Assembly (NCBI GenBank): GCA_013239625.1
Contig: MU053629.1
Coordinates: 4,925,567-4,989,566 of the forward strand
From: Lama guanicoe
Taxonomy: Eukaryota
Reading direction: 5' to 3'
DNA length: 64,000 nt
Positions 26,541 to 38,419 of the stretch are shown here, in pieces (position 1 is the stretch's first letter; each line of letters starts with the position of its first letter). The notes beneath the pieces are model-generated. The model was not told where the DNA came from. It saw only the letters and a program-made list of their open reading frames with translations, and did not search any database. The position numbers were made by a program, and so were the translations under genes.

Positions 26541-26829
26541 CACATTTGGTCTTGCAGTGAGCAGATCCCAACCTGAAAGTTCCTAGGAGCCCCACCCTAC
26601 GTCACTTCATTAGCATAAATTCAGGTGTGGTGGAAAGGGGCTCATTACGAGTAACAAAAGACAATCCTATCACTCAGAAAATCGCAAGGGTTTCAGGAGC
26701 TCTGTGCCAGGAGCCAGAGACAGAGTCAAGTTTTATTTGTTTTATTATCCCACAGTCCCTATAAGGCAAAAGTGCCCAGGGCCACAAAAATCATAATGTG
26801 GTCCTGTCAGTTATGTTAGCCTTCCCAGC

Positions 26830-28040
26830 GGTCTATTTGTGAAATTATGGCAGCCTGGAGTAGAGTGAGGGTGGTGGAGACACAGTGAAATGGACAGGCT
26901 TGGGATATGTTTTAGACTGGGCTGGCTAATAGGTTGGATGTGAGAGGTTAATGAGAGAGAGAAACCAAGGATGATTTCCATATTTTGGCCTTGAACAACT
27001 GGGTGGATGATGCTGCCATCCACTGAGAATCCTGGGGAAGAAGCAGGTGTTGGGGTAAAATCAAGGCCTTTTGCTACGAGTTTGAGACGACTATGAGTTG
27101 TGAAGTAGAGATATTAAGTAGCCAGTCTGGGTTTTGGTGGGGAGGTCTGGGCTGGACAGAAATCAGAGAGTCATTCTGTTTGTAGACTTAAAGTCAAGGA
27201 GTTGGATGAGATCACCTGGGGATGGTAAAATAGACAAGAAGGTAAGGACTGAGCCCTGGAGCATAGCAACATTTAATGACTGAGCCAAAGAGGAGAAATC
27301 AGCTAAAAGACTGAAAAGGGGGCCCAGGGAGGCAACAAGAAACTCAGGACAATAAGATATTGAGGGAAGTTCAGGGGGAAAAGTGTTTCAAAAGAAAGGA
27401 AGCTTGTCAACTGTTTGCAATTCTGCTGAGAGTTCAATTTAGATAAGAATAGAGGATTGGCAATTGGCTTCGGAAAACCGGAGATCATTAGTAATCTTCA
27501 TAAGTGATCCTGATGAGGGAAGTCAAAGCTGGATCTGAGTAGGCTAAATAAATATGAAGTGAGGGAGTGGGAGCAAGCACTGCAGAGAGCTCTTGAAAAA
27601 CTTTATGAGAATTTATGCAGCGAAGAGAGCAGAGAAATCGGGCAGTTGTGGAGGCGATTTGGGCGTCAAGGAGGTTTGTTTAGATGGGAGAAATTTCAGG
27701 ATGTTTATATGCAGACAGAAGCCATCCAATAGAGAGGGGGGAAAGTAATGATGCTGGAGGGCAAGGTTATTGTAGGGGTGAACTTCTTAGGAATGTGGAG
27801 GGGAAAAATCTGAGTTCTTGGTGGAGGGACTGGCATTCACAGGCACAGGAAAACTTCATTCATAGCATCCCAAATGTTACTGTGCCTTTAAGAGTAGTTT
27901 TGACGGTGAGAAGACAAAGTTCATATCTGACATCTTTCTATCAGGTATGAGACAAAGCTGAGTAGCAAAAAGTGGAGTTTGGGAGGAGGTATAGGAGGCT
28001 TTTAGTGGAGAGGGAAAGGTGTGAAATAATTATTTTATCA
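26830..28040. mobile_element. L2 LINE remnant
   Basis: ccaaggatgatttccatattttggccttgaacaactgggtggatgatgctgccatccactgaga, ggatgagatcacctgg and aaggactgagccctgg resemble L2. Confidence 0.7.
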
Positions 28041-28579
28041 GTATACTTAAATATCAATTCAGTGGAGAAAGCCCTTTCAGGATTAAGTACATTTCCTTCC
28101 AACCTCCTTTTCTCTTCGGGGAGTGTTTGCTTGTTTTTTGGTACTCATCATTTGTAATTGTATCTTTATTGGTTCACTTGTCTGTTTCCCCTGTTAGAGC
28201 TTCGTTGTATTTAATTTCTTACTGTATATCTAGCCCTTAGAAATAGTGCCGCTACATTATTTGTTAAAACAAAGTAATTATTTGTTAAAACAAAGAAGTT
28301 AATGAATGAATGTCTTAACAATTTTTGTCTTAGAGGCAACCTTTTTAAAGTCCTTGTTTGGGTAAGTCACTTTTCCTGAGATTTTAAGTCTCAGGATGTA
28401 TATAGCACAGGAATTGTAATCTCTCCTTGCCTCACTGCGTCATGAGGATCTGAGCTAAAAAACCTGGAAATGCTTTAAGTGATCCTTAAATGAAATGTAA
28501 CGGATTGTTATTTTTAGCCCATGTGTAGCCGAGCAGGTAGCAGGTGCTGAAAAGGACTTGCTGATTGCAGGAGAGGGGC

Positions 28580-29740
28580 ATTATTGTTTCCCGCGACTGT
28601 AGGCACCGAAGCTTTGCAGAAGGGCTCCGCAGGCCGTGGAGGGGCGGGGCTCCGGCCAGCAGCCCTCGCGCTCCGGCCTTTCCCGGGAGGCGCTAGCCTG
28701 GCCAGGATGGGGGGCGGGGAGGCCGAGGGGGGAGTAACTGTCAAACCTCCCCTCTTGGCGCCATTATTTAAATGGTACGTGCCCGTCTCGCAGCTGTACG
28801 TGCCCGGGGCGGGGCTGCGAGCACCCAGAGCGGGGCGGAGGCCGGGGGCGGGCCGGGGAGGTGGAGGGGAGAGAGGGGACGGGCCGGGGCGGGGCCAGGC
28901 TGGTTAGAGGGGCGGGTCTAGCGGCGGCCCCCGGCGAGGTTCACTGCGCTTGCGCTGACAGACGCAAGATGGCGGACAGTGCGGAACTAAAGGTAAAGCG
29001 CAGCTCGAATTCACTTCTAATATTCGGCCGCGGAGACGGCGCTGCTGGTGCCGGGGGGGATGGGTCCGACCCTGGGGGGCCGCTCGGGCCTGACTCCACC
29101 GGGACCTGGAGTTGTAGAGGGGAAAGGCGCGTCCGGTCCCAGCTGAGGGGGCCCGGCAGCGGCGGGCCGCGGGCCCCGGGTGCCTCGGGGGCGCTGACGG
29201 GGCGTCCCCGGCGTGTTATTGTTGTGGGCGCCTCTGGCGGGGGTGGCGGGGGAAGAGATCGCGAGTCGGGAGGTGGGGGCCGCCGCTGTCCCCCGGGCTC
29301 GGCTTCCTCACCTTCCAGTCGGCCTCCCCGCCCCTCGGGAGGAGCGGGGGCAGGGGCAGGGTGTTCATGTAGGGGGGATCGGGAAAGCTCCCCGCCGCCG
29401 CTTCCTCTTCCTCCTTTGCAGTCCCGGGCTCCTGTCAGGCGCAATCCTCAGACCCCCGGGAACTTGGCTCCGGCCGCCCCGCCCCTCCGTGGCTCCCTGC
29501 CGCCCCCGCCCCGGACTCGGCTCTCCCGGGCTGCCCGCCTGTCAGGAGGCGCCCGGGGTGCCCCGCTGGTGGGCAGCGCGATCCTGGGGCGATGGGGTGG
29601 GGATGGAGGTGAGAAGCTCTGGTAAAGTTTACTGAACCCCCGGCTGGCGTTGGGGTTCGACCGGTGGGTAGCGGGGGAGTCTCCCTGGGTGGGACGGTAC
29701 TCTTTCGCCCTGATTCCGGGCATCGTGGGGGAGAAACCCC
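28580..29740 (+). promoter_or_regulatory. PIAS1: CpG-island promoter of PIAS1
   Basis: Very high GC and CpG density compared with the AT-rich flanks. GC boxes GGGGCGGGGC at 28641, 28806 and 28886; E2F-like TTTCCCGC near 28587; YY1-type CAAGATGGCGG overlapping the start codon. Boundaries approximate. Confidence 0.92.
28969..28992 (+). CDS. PIAS1: PIAS1 coding exon 1 (MADSAELK)
   Basis: ATG GCG GAC AGT GCG GAA CTA AAG in a strong Kozak context (AAGATGG), followed by donor GTAAAG at 28993, inside a CpG island. It joins in phase 0 to CAA ATG GTT at 59449, giving the PIAS1 N-terminus MADSAELKQMVMSLRVSELQ. Confidence 0.97.
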
Positions 29741-32700
29741 CTCGAAGGGTGTGCATTTGGAAGCAGTGGTAGATGGTGGGAGGCAGTTACTCTCCCTTCT
29801 TTTCCTTCTCTTCCTTTGGCTGGAGGGTGAGAGGAGCCTTCGGGGGTCTGCACACACCATGATGGCGATGCTATAGCTGATGGAGGTGAATGGTTCGTGT
29901 TTATATCCCCCCGTTGCCTTTTGTTTGTAGGGACATCTTGCTGGCCATGTTGATTTGAACGAAATTCTCCCCTCATCCTAGTTCAACCCCCAATAAATAG
30001 AACGTTCCTCCGTTCCTCCCAACGGTACCAATTACTCACGCCTCGCGAAATTGGATGAAAGGGTGCCCCCTTTTCCCCGCTTTTTCTCCCACCCCAATCT
30101 TCTTTACCTGATGATGGCTTCTTTACTGAAGCAGATACACCACTACACAAGCAGTTGGAGGAGGGGGTTGGAACCCTTATGATTGGATTGTGACAAATGG
30201 GGCTCCGCTTGAATAATTTTCCTTTAGTAACAAGCAGTTTTTAACTAACGCGTATTATTTCGAGGCTCTGAACGCGATATTCCCTTCTCCGTGGCTTCCT
30301 GTGTGTGAACTGAGCAGCTGGTTGTATCCTGACCCAGAGAACTGACATCTCTGTCAGAGTGGAGATTGGGATATACAATTGTACATCTTTGGGGAGAGTC
30401 TTCTTTTTGTAATTAATAAAAATTATTCTTAAAATTGTCTCCTTTATAATGAAACGACAACTTCCAGAACAACCAAACGCCTGATTTGTTTCTGGAGAGT
30501 TTTTCCGTGGAAAGCTTTGATGGGAGATCGTTTCCCCCAATAATTTTGCAATGTTAACATTCCAAAATTTGTATAATTAGGCTCTGCATTTGTCATTCTT
30601 TTTAGAATTTACTTCTTATTGCAAATTAATTTAAAGGGGAGCAGATTTAGAATGGATGGTTTCGTTTTTTCCAGTTTCAAACTACTGACTGAAATGAAAA
30701 AGCCTCAGGAATTTGACTATTTGGAGGTAATTAACTCCTGAAATAAAGTATGCAACTTTAAGATACACGTTTTCTATGGTATAACTCTCAAAATGTAGTC
30801 ACTATGTTGCTGGGATCCTTTGCCTTCTAATATTTATTTTGTTAGGAATCCTTTTGAATGATAGCTAATCAGTTCTGTAATACGTGGGCTACAGAGTAAA
30901 GCTGAAAAGCCTGTGCTGGCTATGTTGTCACTCTTGATGCTGTCCGAAGAAACTGGTATGGAAAGCACATGCTGGGAGATTTCCTCCTTTGTTCTTTCTC
31001 ATTTTAAGAAAGTGCCTTTGGGGATAGATCAGATCCCTGGTGTGAGTCTTCTTAAGTAAAGTTTCTCTTTACAAAAATGATCCTGCATCGGATAAACGCT
31101 ACACACTTGCGGGGGAAAACATTATTTTTCTAAAATTGATCTCCTTTTTTGGTTTTCCAAAATCTACGTGAGTTTTTCCAAAGGAGTTTTTTCTACTATT
31201 CTGTTCTGTTGTACAGGTTTTTTTTTTTCTAATTATAATAACTCCTCTTGACATACTGATCTGTCATTGTGTGTTACCCAGTACTTTGAGGAGCTGTGAT
31301 AAATTGCTTAGCTGGTGAATGGCAGTGTTAAAATTTTTGTTTATATTTGATTATGATTACATTTGCTTTTTTTTTTTTTTAAAGGAGAGAAGATGATCTT
31401 AACACTTACCCTAGTTATTTGAGAATGTGTATATAATTTTCTGTGCAGTAAGCTTTGGAAGATAACCCTTTTTGGAAATTGTATTTTCTGAGTGTTTCTT
31501 ATTTGTGATTTTTGGAGGTAAATAACATTTATTCCTAATAAGGAGTGAAAGTCAGAGTAAGAATTAAGAAAAGCTCAGGTTTTTCAGAATTCTAGGTGAA
31601 AACACAATGCTTCAATGGATTTCCAACTATGAGGCTTTGAGTAAATACAGTTACTTTTTTGTTATCTGAACTTACAATCCGCATTTCATTTTACTGTGGA
31701 TTGTGTTCATAATTATTTTCCTCATAACCCATCTCAGTGAGTCTTTTTAAATCTGGAACAGATCTGCAAGATCAGATGAGGAAAATGGATAGATCTGTAT
31801 TCCCTGTAGGAACAGTGCAAACTGCAACACTTAAAGATAGTGCCAATAAAAATTAGATGGTGAATCATACATATCAAAAATTTCTCTGTACCCATTTGTT
31901 TATGAAAGGTTTAATTTTTTATTAGGGGAATTATCCATAAATGACATTTGTGAGAATGTAGAGAGTGAGCATATTATTATCTTTGGGAACTGAGAAGCGG
32001 GAGGGTCATATGATCTTGGAAGTTAATAATCTGACAGCTTCATGTAGCTCCTCTTAAAGTACTTAAAAAAAATTACACATTTTTTGCATTAAAACTCAAA
32101 TTGAGTTACATTGCCATTTTAACTCACAGGAGAAACAGTAGGCAGGAAGAAGTTCATTATCATTTTAGTGGAGTAAATGATGAAATTCAAGGGGAAGGGA
32201 AATCTTACTTTAAAAACCATACTTTTAAAAGTAGTATCTATGTAAGCATGTCAGTAAATTCTGTCATCATATTCTGCATCTCTGTTTTCAAGAAATAGCT
32301 ACTTAATTTTGATCGTTATGGTATAATTTGTCACCTTTTATTTCAGATGGAAGCAAGTAAATCTGAAAATTTATTCGTGGGTTTGATTTGAATCTCCGTA
32401 ACTTGCTTTTCTCAAGTGCCACATTTAGATGGCTTTTGTTTTAAGTCACCCTTTTTATGAACAGTATTTAAAAGCAATTTATAAAACACTTTAGTTTTCA
32501 AGTATTTCATATAATTGTTTTGAAATACAGCTTTTTCCTCCACCGTTTCTCTTTGGTGGTTGTATTGTCTTTCTCTTCAAAGAGTCTTCTGTAATCCCAG
32601 TTGATTGCAGCAGTGCTTAGTGGTGAGTCCATAGCTGATTAACCTTGGGTTTCTCCTGGTGAACTCCATCAACATGCTGCTCCAGGGTTCTTGTTGAGAC

Positions 32701-35609
32701 TTTTGAGTTCAGTGTAAATTGTACCGTTCTTGCTTGTAGCTAGGGATAAGAAAAGAAAAGGGCTTAGAGCTGTAATAAGGACTAGGAAGAATTATCTAAA
32801 TTTCTGAAAAATTGGGTGTTTATGACAAGACGTTGCCTTTAAAAACAGACATAACCCCTGGTTCATTACTCCATAGACATGATTTTGCTGTGTTCTGAAG
32901 TTTTCTGCTCTGGCATTAAGCACCTTGTTTTTTGTTTATATTTGAATAATGTATGGTACTTTGCTGTTCGAAGTGTATCACATTATCTTCTTTAATTTTT
33001 CCAACAGTTCATTGAGGTAAGAAAGGCAGATAATACTCCCTTTTATCTATAAAGTAAGCCCAGAAAGGGTAAGTGACTAGCCCAAGGTCGTACAAACAAA
33101 AGTGGCAGGCACTTGAACCTAGGTCTTGTGATTTCAAAACCCTGTACTGTAGGCTGCCTTAAAGGTGCCTTGTCAGTCCTGGGAGCCCTCTAGGGTGCCT
33201 CGCTCACAAAGAATTCTAGTTATGTTGTTGCTAATACTTTCCCTCTTGCTCTATGCCAGGATATTTTTGGATATTCCTTGGGCTTTTTGCAAGGAAAATT
33301 TTGGAGTTTGTTAGTTAGAATCATAGATGTTAATTCTTTCAAATATCATTTTGCTTGGGAAAGTTTCGGAGAATACTGAAGAGTAAGCAGAAAAATTAAC
33401 AGCACCTGTAGTCGCAGCATTTAGAAATATCATGGTTAACATCTGGGTATCTATCCATTTAGACTTTCTCTCTGTGAGCACTATGCATATGTATATTCAC
33501 CATAAAAAGAGATAATGATACTCTTTATTTGTAATCTATTTTCATGACTACCTTTCCAGGTTAGTAAATACAGGTCTATATGATTATTTGAAAGGTAACA
33601 TTGTACTTTATTCAGCTAGTCCCCTGTCGCTGGACAATTAGATTATTTCCACTCTTTTTTTAAACTGTTTTAAACAATGTGTTGACAAACAGCCTGATTA
33701 AAAGTTTGCAGATGTTTTATTCTAACTGAATATTTATTTGATAGACCTTTTTTTGTGCCTCAGGAAACAGTGCGAATGATAGTTTTGATTGGATAAAGTG
33801 TTGTGAGTGAAATAAGTAGTTTTTGATTTGTTCATTGTCTTTACCTTTATTGTTTCTGTTCCTGTAAACCTGTCAGATAAGATTATTAAATGATGGCAGA
33901 GATAGATTTTATAAAATGTAAGTAAACATTGCTTCTGAATCAGAATATTTGATACAGTATGAAGTAGATTATGAAATAGCATGTATAACTCATTTCAAGA
34001 AGTGTTGATTTTGGAAATTGTATCACAGTAATCAAATATTGCAAGCTTATGTGCCTTATTTACATGCCCACCTGTTTTTAACTGATATTTAAAAAGAAAA
34101 AGTAATGCTAAACATTAATATAAAGACAGTGGAAGTAAGAATTTTTGCCTTACCCACATTTTTAATCTCAAAGCGTTTGCCATAGTATAAGATTGGTAGG
34201 TAACGTTGTTTCAAGGAGGCTGTTAGAGAAAGGAGGTTAAATAGGCAAAGGAAACGTTTTTATATTTTAAAAAAGAACTTTATGGGTTAAATCAGCTAAT
34301 AAATGCATATGTGAATTGAATTAAGAATATTATTTGTGCAACATTTGAAAAGTACTGCACCACAGAAGGGATAGCTGATGAAATTAAGGATATGGACTGG
34401 ATTATACTCTAAATTTGATACGTTAAATTTGCTCCTTACCATAATCTTTAGCATTTATGTAACAAATTGAATCATTAGGATTTTTGAAAATAGGTGATAG
34501 AGAAATTTAAAAATACTTGGTTGTCCTTTACTGTCAATTTCAGAAGTAGCACGAGTTGTCTTGCACTTTTTGCTAGTCTTTCTAGAAAATGTTTGTTGAC
34601 TATACTGCTTCCCTTTTCTTGTTAAAAAATTGTGGAACTGTCATTGCTTTTGATTTCCTCTACTCTTGCTTTCATGATATCACATGAGAAGATAACTCCT
34701 CCAATCCTTCCTCCCCTCAGAATTTTCTGGTAAACCTTCATTCTTAGCCATGAACATCTATAATTCATTAAGATGAAGAAATCACCTTTTTTCTTTTTCT
34801 GCTTCACCATAGAAATGCAAACAAAACAAACATAAACCCTTTGAACATTAACTAGTAACTCTGAAATGTCAATAACTCTTACAGGACTGTTGTATATGTT
34901 CTTATTTTAGAAAACTTCATCTCTTTCTTACCTTTCCTGCTATTCTTCTGTGCTTTCAGTTTCCCCTCTTTGGTTGCCAGGTCAGTTTTCCCAAAACACT
35001 CCTTTCGTCCTGTAACTCCATTGGCTTTCCATCGAAAACAGGATAAAGTCTTAGCTTCTCAGTTTGGTATTCAACATTTTCTATAATCTGACCTCGGTAT
35101 ATTTTGTATGTGTGTTTTGTCTCCTCCACTAGATAACAAAAGTCCTTAGCTTAAAGCCAGAGCTGTTAGTTTGCTTTTTCAGTTGTTGACTAGTGTTCTG
35201 CTTTGTATACCACTCCATTTCCCCCATCCCTACCCTGTGGACACAATAGGTGCCTAAGATTTGTCAAGTGAACAAATTATGTTCAAGATTTGTTTCTGTT
35301 AGGGGGCAGAAGCACATGTTTATATCCCAGTCTGAATTGTGAATGTTCTGAGATAGGCTCGTATCTTCACACTTTTTTCCATGGCTGCTTCGTAGATGAG
35401 CTTGAGTAACATTAAATCCAGAGTAAGTTATGAAACACTGTTTTAAGTTTATCTTTTACATTTCCTTAAGTTACATAGATGATAAATGCATACATTTCTC
35501 ACTGTGATGATACAGCAGTAAGCAGAGTAAAATTTTATAGGCCTTCATCATCTTCACCCCACCCACGCCTCACCCCTTGCTATCACTTTGGTACCTATTC
35601 TGTTTTTTG

Positions 35610-35900
35610 AGGAGAGAGTATAACAGCTTTATTGAGATAAAATTTATATCCCATGTAGTTCATCGATTTAAAGTGCACAATTAAATGGTATTTTAATGTA
35701 ATCACAAAGTTGTATAACCATCACTGCAACCAACTTTAGAACATTTTTCTTGCACCCTTCAGCTATCACCCCCACTGCCCACAACTCACCTCACCCTCAG
35801 GCAACTGCTAATCTACTTTCTGTCCCTATGGATTTGCCTGTATTGAACCTTCATATAAATGGAATCATATAATATGTAGCCTTTTATGTCTGTCCCATTC
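35610..35900 (-). mobile_element. Old L1 (L1MB-like) 3' end
   Basis: acagctttattgagataaaattt...caggcaactgctaatctactttctgtccctatggatttgcctgt...catataaatggaatcatataatatgt. Confidence 0.75.
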
Positions 35901-36899
35901 ATTTTTGTTTGTATGGGCATTTAATTATGTCTGTATAACATTTGTAATTTATTGTATGTGTATATGTCTTGATTCAGAACAAACTAGAGACATAGATGGA
36001 GCTCAATAAGTATGTATTAAATGTATGTATATACATTACATAATTGGACTATACACACTATACATAATATCCTTTGGCTTGCTTTTTTCACTAAACAATG
36101 TACAGTATTCAAGTTTTTTCCATGACATGTCTCAACACAAGATAGTCTCATTCTTTTTTATAGAGCAGGTATTTCATATGTATCTTCTTGAATTTATCGG
36201 TGTATATGTCTAAAAGTTCTTAACTTGATTGATGGTTTTTCTGTATGTTTAAAAAATAATAGTTGCCACATTTAATGTAGCTTCTATAGTGTTAATATTG
36301 GAACTTCACTTAAAAATAGGAATAAAACTAATAGGTAAGCGTTGTTTGGCTTGAGGAGAAATGGAATGTAGCGTTCTTTATGGGGTTCTGGCAGTACACA
36401 GCCACAGAATTCATTTTGTATTTGGGTGTCTGAATGTGAGCAGGCCTGTTTTTAGCTTCATGGCATAGTGCTTAAAATAGAATTTAACATGCTATCTTGC
36501 GCTTTATGGTGAATTTTCAGACTTTTTCTTGCAGCCATGTAGGTCTAATCTTAAAAAAGATCTGAAAGATTTCAGGATAAATTTTTTTTCTCGTATATTA
36601 AAATCATCAATCTGGTCTGTGGGCTTCTGTGAGTTACCCAAGAAAGGGAATGTAGAGGCACCTAGCTCAGAGTCTGGCTTATGGTAAGTATTTGGTAATT
36701 ATTTCTTAAGTTATTCAGGAAGTATATCGTATTTTGTTGTTCATTATATGTTTGAGTTCTGACTGTGTGAAATACCAGATTGTCTGTGGTTTGAGCATAT
36801 CACCATATTATTGTGTATATTTAAACACTCGTGTTATAATGTGATGTATTCTAAAAACATTTTCTTTTCTTAATCATCCAAGTAATGCATCAGCTATTT

Positions 36900-38419
36900 C
36901 AGTGGTTCTCAGAGTCTATCTCCCAGACTTCTATTACGTCTCCAGACTCTTTCTGGGAATACTCCAGGTCAAAACTATTTTCTCAATAATAGTAAGGCAT
37001 TATTTGCTATATTGACATTTGCAGAATCAGTGGTGGGTAAAATTGCATGAATTAGAACAGAAGCACTAAACTGTACTGGTTTAGGACATCACCATGCACT
37101 AGGAATTAAAAAGTAAATGGCAGTTACACTTAATGTCCTTGATGAAGCAATAAAACTTATTAATTTTATTATGTCTCAGTCTTTGAGTACATTTTAAAAA
37201 ATACTTGTTTGATGAAATGAAAAGTCCTCCAAACCACTTTTACTGAACATCAAAGCCAATGGTTAATTCAAGGAAAAGAACTTGTACAGTTGTTTGAGTC
37301 ACGTGCTGAACTAGCTGCTTTTTTCATAGAATACCACTTTTTCTGAAGAATGGCTTACAAAGTATGGTTATAAAGGCTTGGATATTTGGCAGACATTTTC
37401 TCAGATCTAAACCAAGCGAGCCTGACAAACTGACAGTATTTTTTAGTTAAAGATAAAATTCAAGCTTTGAGTGAAAATAGAGTTTTGGAAGACTTGTATT
37501 TGCCACTTAGAGCTTGACAGTTTCCCAATACATAACTTCTTTTTCCTTTTTTGTAAACTCAGTGGTGGCGTTAATGAATGTGATATCTTGAAGTTGTATA
37601 ATGAAAAGGTCAACATTTGGAAGAACCGTGTAAATCAGTGAACCAGTATTTTCTAAGTAACCGGTGCATGGTGTTACAAAATCACTCATGGGTAAAAAGA
37701 TCCATTGGAAATGGAAGATAGACCAATGGTTTTCAGTTTATCAGAGTAGGAAATGTTCATTGATACAGTTTCAGGTTCCATATTGGAGCAGCTTTTAAGA
37801 AACTGCCACTGGATGAGTTTTGGTGAAGGATCAAAGAATATCCACAGTTATCTGAGAAAGCTATTGAAATACTTTTTCCACTAGATACCTGAATGAGACT
37901 GAATTTTACTTGTATACTTCAGTCAAAAGAACCTAGTGCAGATTGCATGCAAAAGTGGACATGAAAATCAGGCTGTCGTCTTTAAGTCAGACATTAAAAA
38001 GATTTCAGAACTGTGAAACAATGACAGTCGTTTTGCTAATATTTTTTGTTTTGTATAGTTTTTTTAATTTGGTATTTTGATTTATGTTAACAAATTATTT
38101 CAAAATGACAAATCTTTAAAATTTTTGCTTTGATTTTTTTTCTTAAAAATATCTTATGTTGTAATATATACATAACTTGACTTACCATCTTATCCATTTT
38201 TAAGTATATACAGTTTAGTACTATTAAATATATTTACGTTGTTATGCAACCAATCTTCAGCACTTTTTACAAAACTAAAACTATGTATCCATTAGACAAC
38301 AGTTCAGTTTTAACTTCTAACACAGTGAACATGAATAGATTTGATTAACAAAGTTTTGGGGGGTCCCCCATTTCCAAGACTATAAAACAGTCCAGACAGC
38401 CAAAATTTTGAGAACCTGA
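36900..38419. mobile_element. Charlie1-like hAT DNA transposon remnant with a small L1 insert (~38135-38305)
   Basis: Termini cagtggttctca...tgagaacctg; internal aggtcaaaactattttc and aaagaatatccacagttatctgagaaagctattgaaatact resemble a decayed Charlie1 transposase region. Confidence 0.75.

Larger units (their letters stand above)
25167..26754. mobile_element. MER21-like LTR, interrupted twice
   Basis: cagacccacagattaagtgctcagtcccacaagactgc...actcacagaactcaggaaaacactttac...cagccaaatggaagagatgca...aagggtttcaggagctctgtgccagga; TG..CA ends. Confidence 0.75.
25015..26806. mobile_element. MER96B-like hAT element split into 25015-25166 and 26755-26806
   Basis: The halves rejoin as ...tatggaagaaagggcc|ataaggcaaaagtgcccagggccacaaaaatcataatgtggtcctg, matching the recalled MER96B 3' end. 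Confidence 0.6.

Noticed and set aside
28256..28295. 19-bp direct repeat attatttgttaaaacaaag (period 21) as a regulatory or CRISPR-like array
   Set aside because: Only two units in AT-rich mammalian DNA; a simple slippage duplication explains it.
28679..28688. TTCCCGGGA as a STAT GAS site in the promoter
   Set aside because: Mismatch to TTCN3GAA in a GC-rich context; too weak on its own.
28861..29625. 254-aa ORF and overlapping GC-rich ORFs on both strands
   Set aside because: Low-complexity G/P/R/A translation typical of stop-poor CpG islands. Only MADSAELK is supported, and it is followed by a splice donor.
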